Below, in pieces: positions 26,074 through 35,036 of a DNA stretch of 64,000 nucleotides. The notes beneath the pieces were generated by a model. It was given only the letters and a program-made list of their open reading frames with translations. It did no database searches and was not told the DNA's origin. The stretch's first letter is position 1. Each line of letters opens with the position of its first letter. This DNA comes from a virus. Both the position numbers and the translations under genes were made by a program. The stretch spans positions 1 through 64,000 of the IMG/VR virus record IMGVR_UViG_3300031521_000027; one strand, written 5' to 3'.

Positions 26074-27132
26074 GTGCCCGAGATCTCCCTGCTCCAGCCC
26101 ACGGTTCTTCGTGGTGTGGTCGAGCGCTTCACGGCTCCCGAGTCGCTGGAGATGCTCAGCCGCGTCCCGCAGACCCCCCACCCCTTCCCCTCCGTGCAGT
26201 GGGAAGTCATCCGGGGCTCCCGCGCCATCGCCCGCCCGAACATCCCGAACTCCGAAGCACACATCGTGCCCCGGCTCGGTCGTTCGCAGCAGAGCGCGGC
26301 GTTCGTCTACCTTCGCGAGAAGAAGGTCTTCGAGCCCACCACGCTGCACTGGCTGCGTCAGGCCGCGAACTCCATCAGCGACCTGAGCAAGACCCGCGCC
26401 GAGGAGTCGGTGCTGCGTGAGGTCAAGGACCTCAACCAGCGCTTCGACAACTTCGCCGAGTTCCTGATCTGGCAGGCCCTCACCGGCACGCTGACCCTCG
26501 ACTACCCGGACGTTCAGGCGACCGTCGACTACAAGTTCCTGCCGTCGCACAAGGCGTCGGTCGCGGGCTCGTGGGCCACGGCCACCCCGGGTGCCATCGT
26601 CGAGGACATCCGCGCCCTCAAGCGGCTCATCACCCGCGACGGTCGGGTCCCGGCAGTCGAGGCGTACGCCACCGAGGTCACGATGGCGCACATCTTCAAC
26701 GCCTTCGCCAACGTCGGCGCAGCTTCCCCCGGCACTGCCGGTGGCATCCTGCTCTCCGACCGGATGAAGGACCAGTACTACCAGACCGGCATCCTGCCGG
26801 GCTTCATGGGCCTCAGCTGGAAGCCGCAGGAGGCAGTGTTCGATGCTGTCGGCGCGGCCTACACCTCCAACCCGACCATCCCGTCCGCCGAGCAGCGCTT
26901 CTTCGCTGACGACGCCCTGCTGATCGGCAACTTCACGGAGAACCGCCCCATCGAGCTGTTCGTCGGCCCCACCGCTGACGACGAGGCTCCGGACGGCTAC
27001 ACCGGCAAGTTCGCCAAGACGTGGAAGGACAAGGACCCGTCGGCTCGGCAGTACCTGCTGGAGTGGAACATCCTGCCGGTCATCACCCGGCCCGAGCAGT
27101 TCGTGTACGTCGCGGACGTCACCCCGGCCTGA
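26074..27132 (+). CDS. Major capsid protein (lambda gpE-like)
   Basis: EFLIWQALTG.L, VDY, W..ATP..IVEDI, KTW.DKDPS, LPVI.RP motifs; AAGGA RBS before GTG 26074. Confidence 0.85.
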   Translation: MPEISLLQPTVLRGVVERFTAPESLEMLSRVPQTPHPFPSVQWEVIRGSRAIARPNIPNSEAHIVPRLGRSQQSAAFVYLREKKVFEPTTLHWLRQAANSISDLSKTRAEESVLREVKDLNQRFDNFAEFLIWQALTGTLTLDYPDVQATVDYKFLPSHKASVAGSWATATPGAIVEDIRALKRLITRDGRVPAVEAYATEVTMAHIFNAFANVGAASPGTAGGILLSDRMKDQYYQTGILPGFMGLSWKPQEAVFDAVGAAYTSNPTIPSAEQRFFADDALLIGNFTENRPIELFVGPTADDEAPDGYTGKFAKTWKDKDPSARQYLLEWNILPVITRPEQFVYVADVTPA

Positions 27133-27147
27133 TCGCTCCAACCCCAA

Positions 27148-27177
27148 GGAGGGCTCCCACTTCGGTGGGGGCCCTTC
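27148..27177 (+). terminator. Terminator hairpin with UUCG loop
   Basis: GAGGGCTCCCAC-TTCG-GTGGGGGCCCTT after the capsid stop. Confidence 0.75.
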
Positions 27178-27186
27178 CCCTGTCTA

Positions 27187-27197
27187 GGCCGATCTTC
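27187..27197 (+). promoter_or_regulatory. Phage late-promoter motif GGCCGATCTTC
   Basis: Exact motif just after the terminator and before the RBS of 27220. Confidence 0.75.
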
Positions 27198-27219
27198 AGT
27201 AGTGACGAGAGGAGGAGTG

Positions 27220-27561
27220 ATGTTCGTACTGGACCTGAAGCCCGTGCGAGGAGACACCTTCTCCAAGACCATCCGGCTCAAGGACAAGACCACTGGGGAG
27301 CCTCTCGACCTGTCCCAGTGGTCGTGGCTCGCACAGGCCCGCAAGGACGCCGACGCCGACACCGTCATGGCCACCATCACCGTCGACACCACCCGGGCCG
27401 CGCAGGGCATCCTCACTCTCTCGATCCCTTCTGCAACCACCGAGACCATGAGCGCCGGGGTCTGGGATTTGCAAGGCACCAACATGGACGACGGGCGGGT
27501 GAAGACCTTCGGGAAGGGCACGACCGCCGTCCAGAAGGATGTGTCCCGCTCGACCTACTAG
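27220..27561 (+). CDS. Virion structural protein (GDT...PLDL...WDLQ type adaptor fold)
   Basis: RGDTF, PLDLS, GILTLSI, VWDLQ motifs common in virion accessory proteins. Confidence 0.6.
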   Translation: MFVLDLKPVRGDTFSKTIRLKDKTTGEPLDLSQWSWLAQARKDADADTVMATITVDTTRAAQGILTLSIPSATTETMSAGVWDLQGTNMDDGRVKTFGKGTTAVQKDVSRSTY

Positions 27562-27571
27562 GGGGTGTGTC

Positions 27572-27832
27572 GTGGACGAGGTATTTCTCGAAATAGCTGC
27601 CAGTGACGACCCCATCGTTGAAATCTTCGTGGACACCACTGAGGTCGTGGAGGTCTTCGAGGACTCCTTCGGCCCACAGGGATCCGAAGGACCAGAAGGC
27701 CCCGTAGGACCTTCAGATACCACTACGGCACTTGCTTTGGTCGATCACATAGAGAGCACGGACCCACATCCGAACGTGGTGTCCACCACCGCATTCGAGG
27801 ATTGGCTCGACGCCATGACTCCCGGGATCTGA
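27572..27832 (+). CDS. Acidic protein with short collagen-like repeat
   Basis: GPQGSEGPEGPVGP; H....DPHP. Confidence 0.55.
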   Translation: MDEVFLEIAASDDPIVEIFVDTTEVVEVFEDSFGPQGSEGPEGPVGPSDTTTALALVDHIESTDPHPNVVSTTAFEDWLDAMTPGI

Positions 27833-27845
27833 AGGAGAAGGAACG

Positions 27846-28337
27846 ATGGCTGTAGAGTTCACGACCAAGGCCCAGCTCGACGCGCTCAACGCGAAGATCG
27901 CAGCCAAGCTGAACACCCTCGCGAGCAGGATCGGTTCCCTGACCTCGCTGACCACGACCGCCAAGGGCTCGCTGGTTGCGGCCATCAACGAGCTTCAAGG
28001 TCTGCTCGCCTCCGCAGCCCTGATCAACGACGCAGCGGCCAACACCACCACGGCGTGGTCGGGCTCCAAGGTCACCTCCGCACTGGCGGCACTGAAGACC
28101 GAGATCCTCGGGGGCGCAGGTGGGGCCTACGACACCCTGAAGGAGCTTCAGGACCTCATCACGGCTGACGCCTCCGGGATGACTGCGCTGACCACCGCCA
28201 TCGGCAATCGGCTCCAGTTCGACACCACCCAGACGCTGACCGGTCCCCAGCAGACCCAGCTGCTTGCCAACGCGGGCATCACCGTGTCCGTCACTGACCT
28301 CGCCGCCGCCCTCGAAGCAGCCACCACAGGCATCTGA
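27846..28337 (+). CDS. Head/neck fibre-like protein
   Basis: IGSLTSLTTTAKGSLVAAINEL and AYDTLKEL motifs typical of fibre proteins. Confidence 0.65.
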   Translation: MAVEFTTKAQLDALNAKIAAKLNTLASRIGSLTSLTTTAKGSLVAAINELQGLLASAALINDAAANTTTAWSGSKVTSALAALKTEILGGAGGAYDTLKELQDLITADASGMTALTTAIGNRLQFDTTQTLTGPQQTQLLANAGITVSVTDLAAALEAATTGI

Positions 28338-29137
28338 TGGCCGTCGAGTTCGTCACCCTGAGCCAGCTCTCCAGCCTCATCTCCAAGGCTGCGGAGAAGC
28401 TGAACGCGCTCAACGCCAAGATCCATGGGGTCCCGGTGGGTGGCACGACTGGTCAGGTGCTGGAGAAGACCTCAGGCACGGACTACGCGGTCTCATGGGC
28501 TGACCCTACGGGGGGCGTAGGAGGCAGTTTCGGAACACTCGTGTACCGGGGCACCTACGACATCGGCACGGAGTACACCACAGGGGATGTCGTCAACCAC
28601 GCCCCGGTTGAGTTTCAGGATTCCTACCTGTTTGTGATGACGGGTACCGGGACGGGCTACGTGCCCTCGATGGAAGCCAACTCCGCCAGTGCTCTCTGGG
28701 TGCTGCTCACCGCAGGAAAAACCGCCGCCTCTCTCGAAGCACAGACCCTCATGGGGCCTGAAGAGAACTCGGTCCTGCTGTACGGGGGTGGAGGTATTGG
28801 CTGGGTGCCCGGGTTCGTCACCGTGGACAACACCGGCTGGAATGCGAACAACGCCTACAGCATCGGGAAGGTGGTCCGGTACTCCGTCGGAGCCACAGAC
28901 TTCTGGTACTGCACGAGTGCTGTCGCATCATCAGTGCCCGGGAACCTTCCCCCAGATCAGGACTACGTTAGCTGGACAGCGTTCTCCACGGCCTCCCATC
29001 CGATCCCAATAGCTGGGGGGACAGGGCAGGTGTTGACCAAGAACAGCGACGGAGACTTCGACATCATCTGGGCCGATGCTCCAGCCGCTGGATTGACCGC
29101 CCCGCAGGTTGCGGCGCGCATGTGGATAGGGGTGTAG
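28337..29137 (+). CDS. Fibre-like protein with carbohydrate-binding-type repeats
   Basis: Two GG.GQVL.K.S..D...W.D repeats; Y..GDVV and Y..GKVV motifs; MAVEF start shared with 27846. Confidence 0.6.
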   Translation: MAVEFVTLSQLSSLISKAAEKLNALNAKIHGVPVGGTTGQVLEKTSGTDYAVSWADPTGGVGGSFGTLVYRGTYDIGTEYTTGDVVNHAPVEFQDSYLFVMTGTGTGYVPSMEANSASALWVLLTAGKTAASLEAQTLMGPEENSVLLYGGGGIGWVPGFVTVDNTGWNANNAYSIGKVVRYSVGATDFWYCTSAVASSVPGNLPPDQDYVSWTAFSTASHPIPIAGGTGQVLTKNSDGDFDIIWADAPAAGLTAPQVAARMWIGV

Positions 29138-29141
29138 TTCC

Positions 29142-30479
29142 GTGATCATTCTCTCTGCGACCGACCAGCTGCTGGAGTTGGTGACCAGCTCGACGGCCAC
29201 CCTCGACGTGGTGGTCACCTACGCGGACCTCACCGACACCGGAGCCCTCCCGGGCTCTCACGAGATCGCCATCAACACCGCCACCACCACCACCATCTGT
29301 GACGCCCCGGATGTCTCCACCACACGAGCCATCAAGTGGATCTCGATCAGCAACAAGCACGCCACCACTGCGAGTTCGGTCACCATCCGCAAGAAGGTCG
29401 GAGCGACCTCCTACGACATCGAGAACACCCTCCTCGCTGCCGGTGAGCGCATGGCGTTCATGGACGGTGTCGGCGTCTCCCACTCGAACTCGGCAGGCAT
29501 TCCTCTCTCCGCAGGTGGCTTGGGCAACGCCGACGTCCAGATCTTCACCGTGGGTGGAACGTGGACCATGCCGACCTCCTTCACCCCCAAGGTCGTGATC
29601 GTGGAGGCCATCGGCGGCGGTGGTGGCGGTGGTGCAGGAGCTTCTCTGGCCACTGCGGTCGTTGCCAAGGGTGGCGGCGGCGGAGGAGGAGGATGTTGCG
29701 TCCACAGGGTCATGGCTGCCTCTGAGCTTTCCTCCACTGTGGCTGTTGGGCTCGGCACCGCAGGCACTGCTGGAGCCCGTGGTGCAGCTGGTGCAGCTGG
29801 TGGTAACGGAGGCGCTGGCGGCAACACGACCTTCGGGTCCTACGTGACCGCATACGGCGGCGGGGGTGGCAACGGTGGAGCGATCACGGCTGTCGTCACA
29901 GGTGGCGGCGGTGGGGGTGGTGCAGGCGGTCAGGGCAGCGTCGGGTCTACCTCGGGAGGGTCCGGAGGTGTTCCCACGGCAGGCACCAACGGCGCAGGCG
30001 GCGCAGGAGTTACGGGCACCGCAGCTGTGGCAACCACAGCCAACGCAGAGTTCGGAGGTGCCGGAGGCGCAGGCATCGCGGCCACCCCGGTGGCCAGCAG
30101 CCACGGAGGGTCTTCCCTGAAGGGCGGATCCGGGGGTGGCGCAGGAGGATCCCACTCGGCCACGACCACCAACATCGCCGGAGGCAACGGAGGGAAGTCC
30201 GGGACGTACACGGCAGGCAACGGTGGCGCTGTCGGCACGGACTCGACCACAGGGTCTGCTGGAGCCGGAACCGCTGGAGCTGCTGCCAACACCATGCAGG
30301 GTGGGTGCGGGGGTGGTGGCGGTGGCGTCACCCAGTTCGCAAGCGCTGCTGGAGGTAACGGCGGCAATGGTGGGCTCGGTGGTGGAGGTGGGGGCGGTGG
30401 CGGCGTCGGGATGAACCCGGGCCTCGGAGGCAACGGTGGAGCCGGGGGAACGGGCTACATGGTGGTCTACACCTACTGA
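29142..30479 (+). CDS. Glycine-rich virion protein
   Basis: IFT..GTWT.P, V.AIGGGGGGG and long Gly/Ala tracts. Confidence 0.75.
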   Translation: MIILSATDQLLELVTSSTATLDVVVTYADLTDTGALPGSHEIAINTATTTTICDAPDVSTTRAIKWISISNKHATTASSVTIRKKVGATSYDIENTLLAAGERMAFMDGVGVSHSNSAGIPLSAGGLGNADVQIFTVGGTWTMPTSFTPKVVIVEAIGGGGGGGAGASLATAVVAKGGGGGGGGCCVHRVMAASELSSTVAVGLGTAGTAGARGAAGAAGGNGGAGGNTTFGSYVTAYGGGGGNGGAITAVVTGGGGGGGAGGQGSVGSTSGGSGGVPTAGTNGAGGAGVTGTAAVATTANAEFGGAGGAGIAATPVASSHGGSSLKGGSGGGAGGSHSATTTNIAGGNGGKSGTYTAGNGGAVGTDSTTGSAGAGTAGAAANTMQGGCGGGGGGVTQFASAAGGNGGNGGLGGGGGGGGGVGMNPGLGGNGGAGGTGYMVVYTY

Positions 30480-30533
30480 GTCGCTGTGTGCGCCAAGGTA
30501 GGGACTCCGGTACCATTGTCCCAAGCGGTTACA

Positions 30534-30544
30534 GGCCGATCTTC
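30534..30544 (+). promoter_or_regulatory. Phage late-promoter motif GGCCGATCTTC
   Basis: Exact intergenic motif before ATG 30572. Confidence 0.75.
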
Positions 30545-30571
30545 AATAGAGACCCCGGGAGGGCAACAACA

Positions 30572-31174
30572 ATGGCTGACCCCAAGAAGCCAACGGACGC
30601 ACTGGTGGACAACTTCGACGACCTGCTCGACCTCACAGCCGACGACACGCCGGTCACTGAGGCACCGGCAGACACGGCTCCCGAGGACCCGGAAGAGGCC
30701 CGCATCCGCGAGCTGGAGGCCATGCTCTCCGCCCCGATGCCTTCCTTCGACGTCGTGGAAGAGCCGGTCGAGCTGACCGCAGCTCAGCTCCGGATCAAGG
30801 AGCTTGAGGACAAGATGGCCAAGCGCAACGCCATCATCGCTGAGAACTCCCCGACCCAGTACGCCAAGGCCGGGGACGGCGAGAAGTTCGTGATCCACTT
30901 CGTCTACGACGGCTTCGTGGCCTTCGGCGAGAACTGGTACCGGGGTCAGGAGCTGGAGTTCGAGATCGGCGGCGACGCCTTCAAGCGCACGCAGGACCGC
31001 ACCGGCAAGTCGTGGCTCGATCTCGCCAACGACCCCAACGCCCAGATCCGCCGCTGGGGCAAGCACTACTTCAGCCCGGGGCCGTTCGTGGCCTTCCCCG
31101 GCGAGACGTTCGATGACGACATGGTCGCTCAGGATGCTCGGCGTGGCCGGGCAGTCCCGCTGCCGCGAGCCTGA
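30572..31174 (+). CDS. Hypothetical protein
   Basis: GGAGG RBS; acidic N-terminus and coiled coil. Confidence 0.7.
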   Translation: MADPKKPTDALVDNFDDLLDLTADDTPVTEAPADTAPEDPEEARIRELEAMLSAPMPSFDVVEEPVELTAAQLRIKELEDKMAKRNAIIAENSPTQYAKAGDGEKFVIHFVYDGFVAFGENWYRGQELEFEIGGDAFKRTQDRTGKSWLDLANDPNAQIRRWGKHYFSPGPFVAFPGETFDDDMVAQDARRGRAVPLPRA

Positions 31175-31192
31175 CAGAAGGGAACCTGAGGG

Positions 31193-31732
31193 ATGGCATA
31201 CAAGACCTACGACCGGGAGATGATCGCGGCGTTCACAGGCAGGCCCGCAGCCTCATTTCCTGAAACGTTCATCGCCTCCTCCGCCATCCCTCAGGCCATG
31301 CTGCTGTTCAAGATCGGGACCTGCATCTTCGACCCCGAGCTGCTGACGGCTGACCAGCAGCAGCTGGTTGACTTCGCGATCATCTCCATGGCCGACGCCA
31401 TCCACCTCTCCGCTCCGTATCAGGCTGCCAAGGCCTCCCCGTTCAACTCCGAGTCCATCGGCTCCTACTCCTACTCGAAGGTGGCTCAGGCTGCCCAGAA
31501 GGGGCTGGAGACCGGCATCATGTGGTTCGACATGGCCGTCGGCCAGCTGTCGGTCTGTGACCGCGCGAGCGGGGACTTCCAGCGGGGCGGCATCGAGATG
31601 TTCGAGCACGACGGCACCTTCATCGCCGGACACCTTTCCGGAAACGTGGAGTACCTGTCCCCCGTGGACCGCCGCCTCTCGACCACCTTCGGCTGGGACC
31701 CCAACGCCTTGGTGATCGTCGAAGGGGTGTGA
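31193..31732 (+). CDS. Head-to-tail adaptor
   Basis: SESIGSYSYSK motif; position. Confidence 0.75.
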   Translation: MAYKTYDREMIAAFTGRPAASFPETFIASSAIPQAMLLFKIGTCIFDPELLTADQQQLVDFAIISMADAIHLSAPYQAAKASPFNSESIGSYSYSKVAQAAQKGLETGIMWFDMAVGQLSVCDRASGDFQRGGIEMFEHDGTFIAGHLSGNVEYLSPVDRRLSTTFGWDPNALVIVEGV

Positions 31733-31736
31733 CGAC

Positions 31737-32189
31737 GTGGAGCACCTGTTCAACTCCGCAGTGCGGGTCGAGCGACTCACGCTGACCGTTGACGACGGTG
31801 TCGCCACCATGGCCTACTCGCAGGCCACCGACCCGGACCCGGCGATCAACGACGCTCTCCAGTTCCTGCGGTGCCGACTCGACATGAACTTCATCCGCGA
31901 GGGCAAGGACGCACTCCCTGCCATGGTCGCGGGCAAGGCACCCGACCGGGTGGGCGTGATGCTCACAGGCCCCTACGCCCCCATCAGGGCCGGGGACCGC
32001 ATCGTGACCATCCCCAACGAGCGCGGAGCGATCCCGGTGGCTGGCACCTTCGAGATCCGCTCGATCCCTGACGAGGTCGTGGCCTTCGCCGACAGGCACC
32101 ACATCGAGGTCCAGATCATCGAGACCGGTCAGGAGCTGACCGGCGAGAACTGGCCGTCCGAAGAGCCCATTGAGGACTTCGTCCCATGA
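31737..32189 (+). CDS. Head-to-tail stopper
   Basis: IRAGDRI...GTFEI...HHIEV pattern; position. Confidence 0.65.
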   Translation: MEHLFNSAVRVERLTLTVDDGVATMAYSQATDPDPAINDALQFLRCRLDMNFIREGKDALPAMVAGKAPDRVGVMLTGPYAPIRAGDRIVTIPNERGAIPVAGTFEIRSIPDEVVAFADRHHIEVQIIETGQELTGENWPSEEPIEDFVP

Positions 32190-32563
32190 TCGAGGTCACC
32201 ACCGACTGGTCCGACGTGGAGCGCGAGCTGGACCGCCTCATGATGATGCCCACCATGAAGGCCAAGGCGGCACTGCACGCTGTGCTCGACTTCGGCTTCG
32301 CCCAGACTCAGGCCGCTGTCCACGTGGAGTCCGGAGCCCTGAAGGCGTCCGGCAAGATCTCAGTCTCAGGAGGCGGAGAGACGTGGGAGGGTGAGATCCA
32401 GTACGGCGGAGCTGGCCCGGTCGACTACGCCATCTACGAGAAGCGCCGGGGCACCCACTGGGTGGGGAAGTCCGCAGCCCGTGGCGACCACGACTTTATG
32501 AGACCATTGGCTGACTTGCACCCCCTGTGGGTGGAAGCGATGCTGGAAGGACTCCGGAAGTGA
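32186..32563 (+). CDS. Neck/tail-completion protein (HK97 gp10-like)
   Basis: VHVESGALKAS, DYAIYE, FMRP motifs. Confidence 0.7.
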   Translation: MIEVTTDWSDVERELDRLMMMPTMKAKAALHAVLDFGFAQTQAAVHVESGALKASGKISVSGGGETWEGEIQYGGAGPVDYAIYEKRRGTHWVGKSAARGDHDFMRPLADLHPLWVEAMLEGLRK

Positions 32564-33045
32564 AGCGCTGCACCATGTGTGGTGCGGTCAAGGACCTGAC
32601 CGAGTTCTACAAGTACCGCAAGGGCTACCGAGCTGAGTGCATCAGCTGTTGCAACAGGAGGTCATCGGCTCAGTACGAGAGCACGCGAGAGGCCACGGCG
32701 GAGACTCATGCCAAGTGGCGCAGGGGCAACCCTGACTACCTCCACGGATACCACCTGCTCTCCAAGTACGGCCTCACCCCTGCCCAGTACGACGCGCTGC
32801 TCGAATCCCAGAACGGGTGCTGTGCGGTCTGTAAGGAGCCGGAGACAGCCGTCCACCAGAAGACCGGCCTTCCCCGTCGGTTGGCAGTAGATCATGACCA
32901 TTCCTGTTGCCCCGGAGAGCGTTCCTGTGGGGCCTGTGTTCGAGGCCTACTGTGCTACTCGTGCAATACCGGACTGGGGGCTTTCCGGGACTCAGTGAGC
33001 AGGATTCAGTCCGCGCTCCGATACTTGGAAGGACTCCGGAAATGA
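32544..33045 (+). repeat. Direct repeat TGGAAGGACTCCGGAA(G/A)TGA flanking the endonuclease gene
   Basis: Copies at 32544-32563 and 33026-33045, one mismatch. Confidence 0.9.
32560..33045 (+). CDS. Endonuclease VII-like (HNH) free-standing homing endonuclease
   Basis: KYGLT...QNGCCAVC, LAVDHDH, VRGLLC..CN.GLG.F.D; flanked by a direct repeat. Confidence 0.85.
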   Translation: MKRCTMCGAVKDLTEFYKYRKGYRAECISCCNRRSSAQYESTREATAETHAKWRRGNPDYLHGYHLLSKYGLTPAQYDALLESQNGCCAVCKEPETAVHQKTGLPRRLAVDHDHSCCPGERSCGACVRGLLCYSCNTGLGAFRDSVSRIQSALRYLEGLRK

Positions 33046-33551
33046 CCGACCTCTCTCTGGCCATCCGCAACTACCTCGCGCAGGACGCTGGGCTGCGGGA
33101 GCTGCTGGGCCGCTCGATCAGCTGGGACACGTGGATCTTCGACGAGAACCCGATCAACGTGAAGGTGGAGAACACCGGCAAGTGCCTGCTCGTGATCAAT
33201 GAGGACGGCACGTGGACGTCCCCCAACGACCACAACACGATGCGCTTCCCCCGGGTCTACATCGACATCTGGGCCGACCCCACCCGCAACGAGGACCGCT
33301 CGGTCAAGGTCAACGACGCCAAGTCCAAGATCGAGCGCATCCAGAAGCTCCTCGACAAGCACCTGCACCTCACCGACGCAGGCACCCGGCAGGGGATGCC
33401 ATACATCTGGGGCACCACCGATCAGGTGGCCTCCAAGACGGGCGTGGTGGTCGCTGGGAGCCACCGCGTGGACGGACCCACCCTGTCTCCCATCCGGGAC
33501 ACCGACGGGGCCTACATGGGCCGCATGACCTACGGCGTGAACGTACCCTAA
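33042..33551 (+). CDS. Tail terminator-like protein
   Basis: ATGA-coupled; AIRNYL...L.ELLG, PRVYIDIW; position before the tail tube gene. Confidence 0.65.
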   Translation: MTDLSLAIRNYLAQDAGLRELLGRSISWDTWIFDENPINVKVENTGKCLLVINEDGTWTSPNDHNTMRFPRVYIDIWADPTRNEDRSVKVNDAKSKIERIQKLLDKHLHLTDAGTRQGMPYIWGTTDQVASKTGVVVAGSHRVDGPTLSPIRDTDGAYMGRMTYGVNVP

Positions 33552-33587
33552 GCAGTTTCCAAAAAGAGAGACCCAAGGAGGTCCAAG

Positions 33588-34748
33588 ATGAAGGTGTTGC
33601 TCCGCACACCGATGAGTCGGTACTCCGGCTATGGCAACGATGGGATCGGACTGGCGCAGGCATTGATGCGCGCCGGAGCCGACGTCTACCTACAGGCCAC
33701 CTCAGTGGACGCCCCCCTCCCGCAGGACGTGGCCAACCTGCTGACCAAGGAGCTGGCCGCTCCGTTCGACCTCTACATCAACCACGTCGACCCGGCCAAC
33801 CTCCAGTGCCCCGACGAGGTCGTACCCCACGCAGCGGTCAAGGTCGCATGGACCATGTGGGAGTACTCCAACCTGCTCAACCTCGCCAAGAAGTCTCGCA
33901 AGGACCTGCGCAAGCGGCTGAAGAACTTCGACGCCTTCATCGGCTACTCCGACGTCGACCCGGACTGCTTCCGGCCCTACTTCGACGGCCCGCTGTTCGT
34001 CCTTCAGGGCGGCTTCGACCCCGCCGAGTGGCCCCACATGTTCGACCGGGAGTGGGACACCAAGGAGTTCCACTTCGCCCAGATCGGTGTGCTCAGCGAG
34101 CGCAAGGATCCCTTCCGCACCATCGAGGCGTTCCGGCTCGCGCGCACCATGGACGCGGAGTTCTGGCGCTGGGCCCGGCTCAGCCTGAAGACCACTGCCC
34201 CCGGCCTGCACCACAAGATCGAGGACCTGTACCGGGACATCGACCCGGAGACCGGTGACGAGTTCTCCTCCCTGCGGATCTTCTACGACATCTGGCCGAC
34301 CGAGGTGGTCCGCCAGTTCTACAAGGTCCAGCACTGCCTGCTGGCCCCGTCCCGGGGTGAGGGCAAGAACGTCCCGGCGCTGGAGTTCATGAGCACCGGA
34401 GGCACGGTCATCGCCACCAACTGGGCAGGCCACACCCAGTGGCTCGACCCTGCCTACTCCTACCCGCTGGCCTACACGCTGGAGCCGGTCAGCTCTGATT
34501 TTCCAGAAACGTTCAACGCTCGGGCGTCCATCGAAGACCTCGCCCGGCTGATGATCCACGTCTTCCAGCACCGCAACGAGGCCCACGAGAAGGGCGAGCT
34601 GGCTGCCCGCATCATCCCGCAGGCACACAGCTGGGATGCCGTCGTGGCGAAGCTCTTCCTGAAGCTCAAGGACAACCTCCCCGCCGCTCAGGGCGAACGC
34701 CTGTGGACCTTGGCCCAGATCGCGAGAAGCGAACATGCAGATCGTTGA
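33588..34748 (+). CDS. GT-B (GT4-like) glycosyltransferase
   Basis: SGYGND, TMWE, ERKD, PSRGEGKNVPALEFMSTG..VIATNW. Confidence 0.85.
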   Translation: MKVLLRTPMSRYSGYGNDGIGLAQALMRAGADVYLQATSVDAPLPQDVANLLTKELAAPFDLYINHVDPANLQCPDEVVPHAAVKVAWTMWEYSNLLNLAKKSRKDLRKRLKNFDAFIGYSDVDPDCFRPYFDGPLFVLQGGFDPAEWPHMFDREWDTKEFHFAQIGVLSERKDPFRTIEAFRLARTMDAEFWRWARLSLKTTAPGLHHKIEDLYRDIDPETGDEFSSLRIFYDIWPTEVVRQFYKVQHCLLAPSRGEGKNVPALEFMSTGGTVIATNWAGHTQWLDPAYSYPLAYTLEPVSSDFPETFNARASIEDLARLMIHVFQHRNEAHEKGELAARIIPQAHSWDAVVAKLFLKLKDNLPAAQGERLWTLAQIARSEHADR

Positions 34749-34959
34749 GCTTCGCTGCCCAGTGGGACCACGCCGCCTGCTGGCCAAGACCGTTGTGGCC
34801 GGAGGACACCCCAAGATCGTGGACGGCAACCTCGTGGAGCTGTCCTGTGATGACTGCAAGAAGACCATGCGGCGGGAGGGGAAGCCGGTGCTGCGAGTGC
34901 TCCACCGGTTCAACCTGATCGGCGATCTGGTGGAGTCGGAGGCCGTCTACCAGCCCTGA
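34735..34959 (+). CDS. Small Com-like zinc-ribbon protein
   Basis: ELRCP....LL...VELSCDDC. Confidence 0.5.
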   Translation: MQIVELRCPVGPRRLLAKTVVAGGHPKIVDGNLVELSCDDCKKTMRREGKPVLRVLHRFNLIGDLVESEAVYQP

Positions 34960-34966
34960 GGGCTGA

Positions 34967-34977
34967 GGCCGATCTTC
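34967..34977 (+). promoter_or_regulatory. Phage late-promoter motif GGCCGATCTTC
   Basis: Exact intergenic motif before the tail tube gene. Confidence 0.75.
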
Positions 34978-35036
34978 AGAGGTAGGCAAGAACTCGAACC
35001 TGTTCACTTGCCAACTCGTTCTGAAGGAGATCGACC

